From the NCBI GenBank assembly GCA_016618085.1, contig JABLTG010000193.1, positions 1 through 33,957 on the forward strand: 33,957 nucleotides of DNA. Direction: 5' to 3'. The stretch is from Neovahlkampfia damariscottae. Taxonomy: Eukaryota. The notes under the pieces were generated by a model. That model saw nothing but the letters and a program-made list of their open reading frames with translations. It searched no databases and was not told the DNA's origin. Of the stretch, positions 31,999 through 33,957 are shown in pieces. Within the stretch, counting starts at the first letter, position 1, and each line of letters starts with the position of its first letter. Made by a program: the position numbers and the translations under genes.

Positions 31999-33795
31999 TT
32001 ATGTGTTATTTAATAATCCTTGTTCTCCCAAAATATACTGCAATGCTCTAACTCTCTCAGCCAATTGTTCCAATGTAATAGAAGTTGTATCATATACTGT
32101 AGTGTAATCTGTAGTACCAGTTAACAATTTAAAGTTTCTACTTGTTGCATTTATTTTTAATGTTCCATTTGTGTAAATACCATCACAAAGAATATGTCCC
32201 TCGACTGCCAATTTCATTGAACCAACCCCAAAATCCGATTCCTTTAAATTTCCAATAATTACTTTATCTGTAGTGTTATAAGGATTGAGCCAAATTGAAT
32301 GACCTCCTGATATTGTTGTCCCTGTATTAGTTACTCCATTGATTATAGGTCTCATTTCACTATTAAAAGTATCATCATAAACCCTAAAACTAATTCCATG
32401 AGTGTCTGTATCATTTGTAATTCTTAATGAAAAATCATCATCATCATTTGATTTTACTATTAAACCACCATCATTATTTGATAAAATATTTGTATATCCT
32501 CCAGTTGATTGAATGGTTAAATCACTTGTATTTGAAACCGATGATGTTGTAATTCCGCCCGAAATGTTTGGAATATCACTGAGATGTGCAACTGTTCCAT
32601 CTTGATCTTGGAACGTGTGAGTTCTATTTCCTGTATATGATGCAGTAAATGTTCCACTTGTTGTACTTGCTTTTTTTAAGATCAAATTATTTCCAGTGGT
32701 TATATCACCTGTGGAGTAAGTATTTCCTTTAACATAAATTTTTGACCCTGATGCGAGAGCTGTGGCAGGTGCTTCGTCTCCAAAACATGTGTAAGCAGAA
32801 GCTATGGTTACTGGTTGAATATAAAGAGGTGTCCACAAGGTAGCAGCATAGTTGTTGCTGCCAACAACTGCAACTTTGGTTGATGATACTGTAGACGTTC
32901 CCATAATCGGGCAAGCATCACCTGCCGTAATTCCATTATAAACTGTCTTTATAGCCCAATTATAAGATAAGCCACCCGTTTCACCCCCGAATAGACAACC
33001 GTTGTTTACAATCGTATTGAATAACATTTGACCCGTTCCATTTGCATCTATAGATATCGAATCGTTTGTTGATATTGATGTTATTGAATTAGTTTTAACA
33101 CCGTTTGTCATAGTTTTCACGCCATTTACTGTCTGATCTGATTCAGACATAACAAAGTTTGCATCTGCTGAAACATCTGGTATTGTGTATATTCTATTAC
33201 TTGCTGGTTGTGCAACATTTAATGTTGTTGTAGTTCCTGTTTCCTCTGGTTGAAAAACTAATTGATTGCTTGGAGAATTCACGTTTAAATATCCTTTTAT
33301 GAAAACATCCACCGTATTAGTTGATCCAGAACCTAATTCAAAAGGTAACGGAGTTGATGTACCATAATCCCAGCCTTCAAATCTTCCTCTTGAATTTGAT
33401 CTCATAGACATACAAAGAACTCTATCGCTACTAATGCCACTATTTTGTATTTCAAGTTGGCAATCTGTTCCTCCAACAATTCTAACATTTCTCATAGCCG
33501 CACCAGATGATAATTCAAGATGAGTTGATCCAACACCGGTTACACTATTTGTTGATATAGAATTAGCACCAGTCACATTATTACTATCATCAATTGTAAT
33601 GCCTGATGATTGAACTCCTCTACTTCCTCCGTCTCCTCTCACAATACAATTATCTGTGATTGTTGAAGATGATGAAACCATATTTGGAACTGAAACAGTT
33701 GTTGCTGTTAAATTTGTTATAGTTGCTGAGTTAATTGTTGCATTTTCACAAGTAAAATCAGGTAAATTGTTAATATTTCCAATTGATTTAGACAT
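31999..33795 (-). CDS. Fibre/spike-like virion protein
   Basis: 598 aa, Thr/Ser/Gly/Asn-rich, with tail-fibre-like modules (TDNCIVRGDG..VQSSGITIDD; NRIYTIPD; NRTHTFQDQDGTVA) and C-terminal TLEQLAERVRAL. Confidence 0.75.
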   Translation of the reverse strand: MSKSIGNINNLPDFTCENATINSATITNLTATTVSVPNMVSSSSTITDNCIVRGDGGSRGVQSSGITIDDSNNVTGANSISTNSVTGVGSTHLELSSGAAMRNVRIVGGTDCQLEIQNSGISSDRVLCMSMRSNSRGRFEGWDYGTSTPLPFELGSGSTNTVDVFIKGYLNVNSPSNQLVFQPEETGTTTTLNVAQPASNRIYTIPDVSADANFVMSESDQTVNGVKTMTNGVKTNSITSISTNDSISIDANGTGQMLFNTIVNNGCLFGGETGGLSYNWAIKTVYNGITAGDACPIMGTSTVSSTKVAVVGSNNYAATLWTPLYIQPVTIASAYTCFGDEAPATALASGSKIYVKGNTYSTGDITTGNNLILKKASTTSGTFTASYTGNRTHTFQDQDGTVAHLSDIPNISGGITTSSVSNTSDLTIQSTGGYTNILSNNDGGLIVKSNDDDDFSLRITNDTDTHGISFRVYDDTFNSEMRPIINGVTNTGTTISGGHSIWLNPYNTTDKVIIGNLKESDFGVGSMKLAVEGHILCDGIYTNGTLKINATSRNFKLLTGTTDYTTVYDTTSITLEQLAERVRALQYILGEQGLLNNT

Positions 33796-33839
33796 TATAT
33801 AATATTTGATTTGAAATTAATTTGTGATCGTATAATATA

Positions 33840-33957
33840 ATGTCAATTTTTGATAGTCTTTCACAATTCGGTTCTGTAATCGGAGATAGAGTAAATTCAG
33901 CTTTTGATCCAAAAAATCATGGTTTTCTTGATGGCAATTGGAATGATTTTCAACTCG
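33840..33957 (+). CDS. Partial ORF divergent from the fibre gene
   Basis: TATAATATA-ATG at 33840; MSIFDSLSQFGSVIGDRVNSAFDPKNHGFLDGNWNDFQL is open to the window edge. Confidence 0.6.
   Translation, partial: MSIFDSLSQFGSVIGDRVNSAFDPKNHGFLDGNWNDFQL

Larger units (their letters stand above)
28835..33957 (-). mobile_element. Endogenous Polinton-like virus / virophage-type element (morphogenesis module, truncated by the window edge)
   Basis: Co-oriented, intron-less, tightly packed fibre - minor capsid - major capsid - A32-like ATPase - two small ORFs, with a shared upstream motif and no CCAAT boxes. Left boundary is uncertain. Confidence 0.88.

Noticed and set aside
33620..33645. RGD integrin-binding motif in the fibre
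   Set aside because: It lies within a fibre structural module (IVRGDG), and there is no evidence for integrin use in this host; likely chance.

Overview
Gene-dense, very AT-rich eukaryotic (protist-like) genomic window. The first ~26 kb are host genes with very short (~27-40 nt) GT-AG introns and CCAAT boxes next to most start codons: Cu/Zn-SOD, O-methyltransferase, Kelch-BTB, EI24-like, a Rab GTPase read through into a second domain, neutral ceramidase, mitochondrial carrier, SelO, a Kelch-pseudokinase-kinase-SAM protein, ICT1/ArfB, a NYN/PIN-LRR fusion, three related putative Ig-fold DNA-binding proteins and a secreted MACPF protein. Interspersed are a ~510-bp hAT transposon remnant, a decayed serine O-acetyltransferase pseudogene and two adjacent pairs of ~120-bp inverted, internally structured non-coding repeats (24.0-24.9 kb). 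From ~28.8 kb to the right edge lies an intron-less endogenous Polinton-like virus/virophage-type morphogenesis module: A32-like packaging ATPase, double-jelly-roll major capsid, penton-like minor capsid with a 2-bp frameshift, and a phage-like fibre. These genes share their own upstream motif, and the element runs out of the window. All family assignments come from motif recognition by eye; no searches were run.
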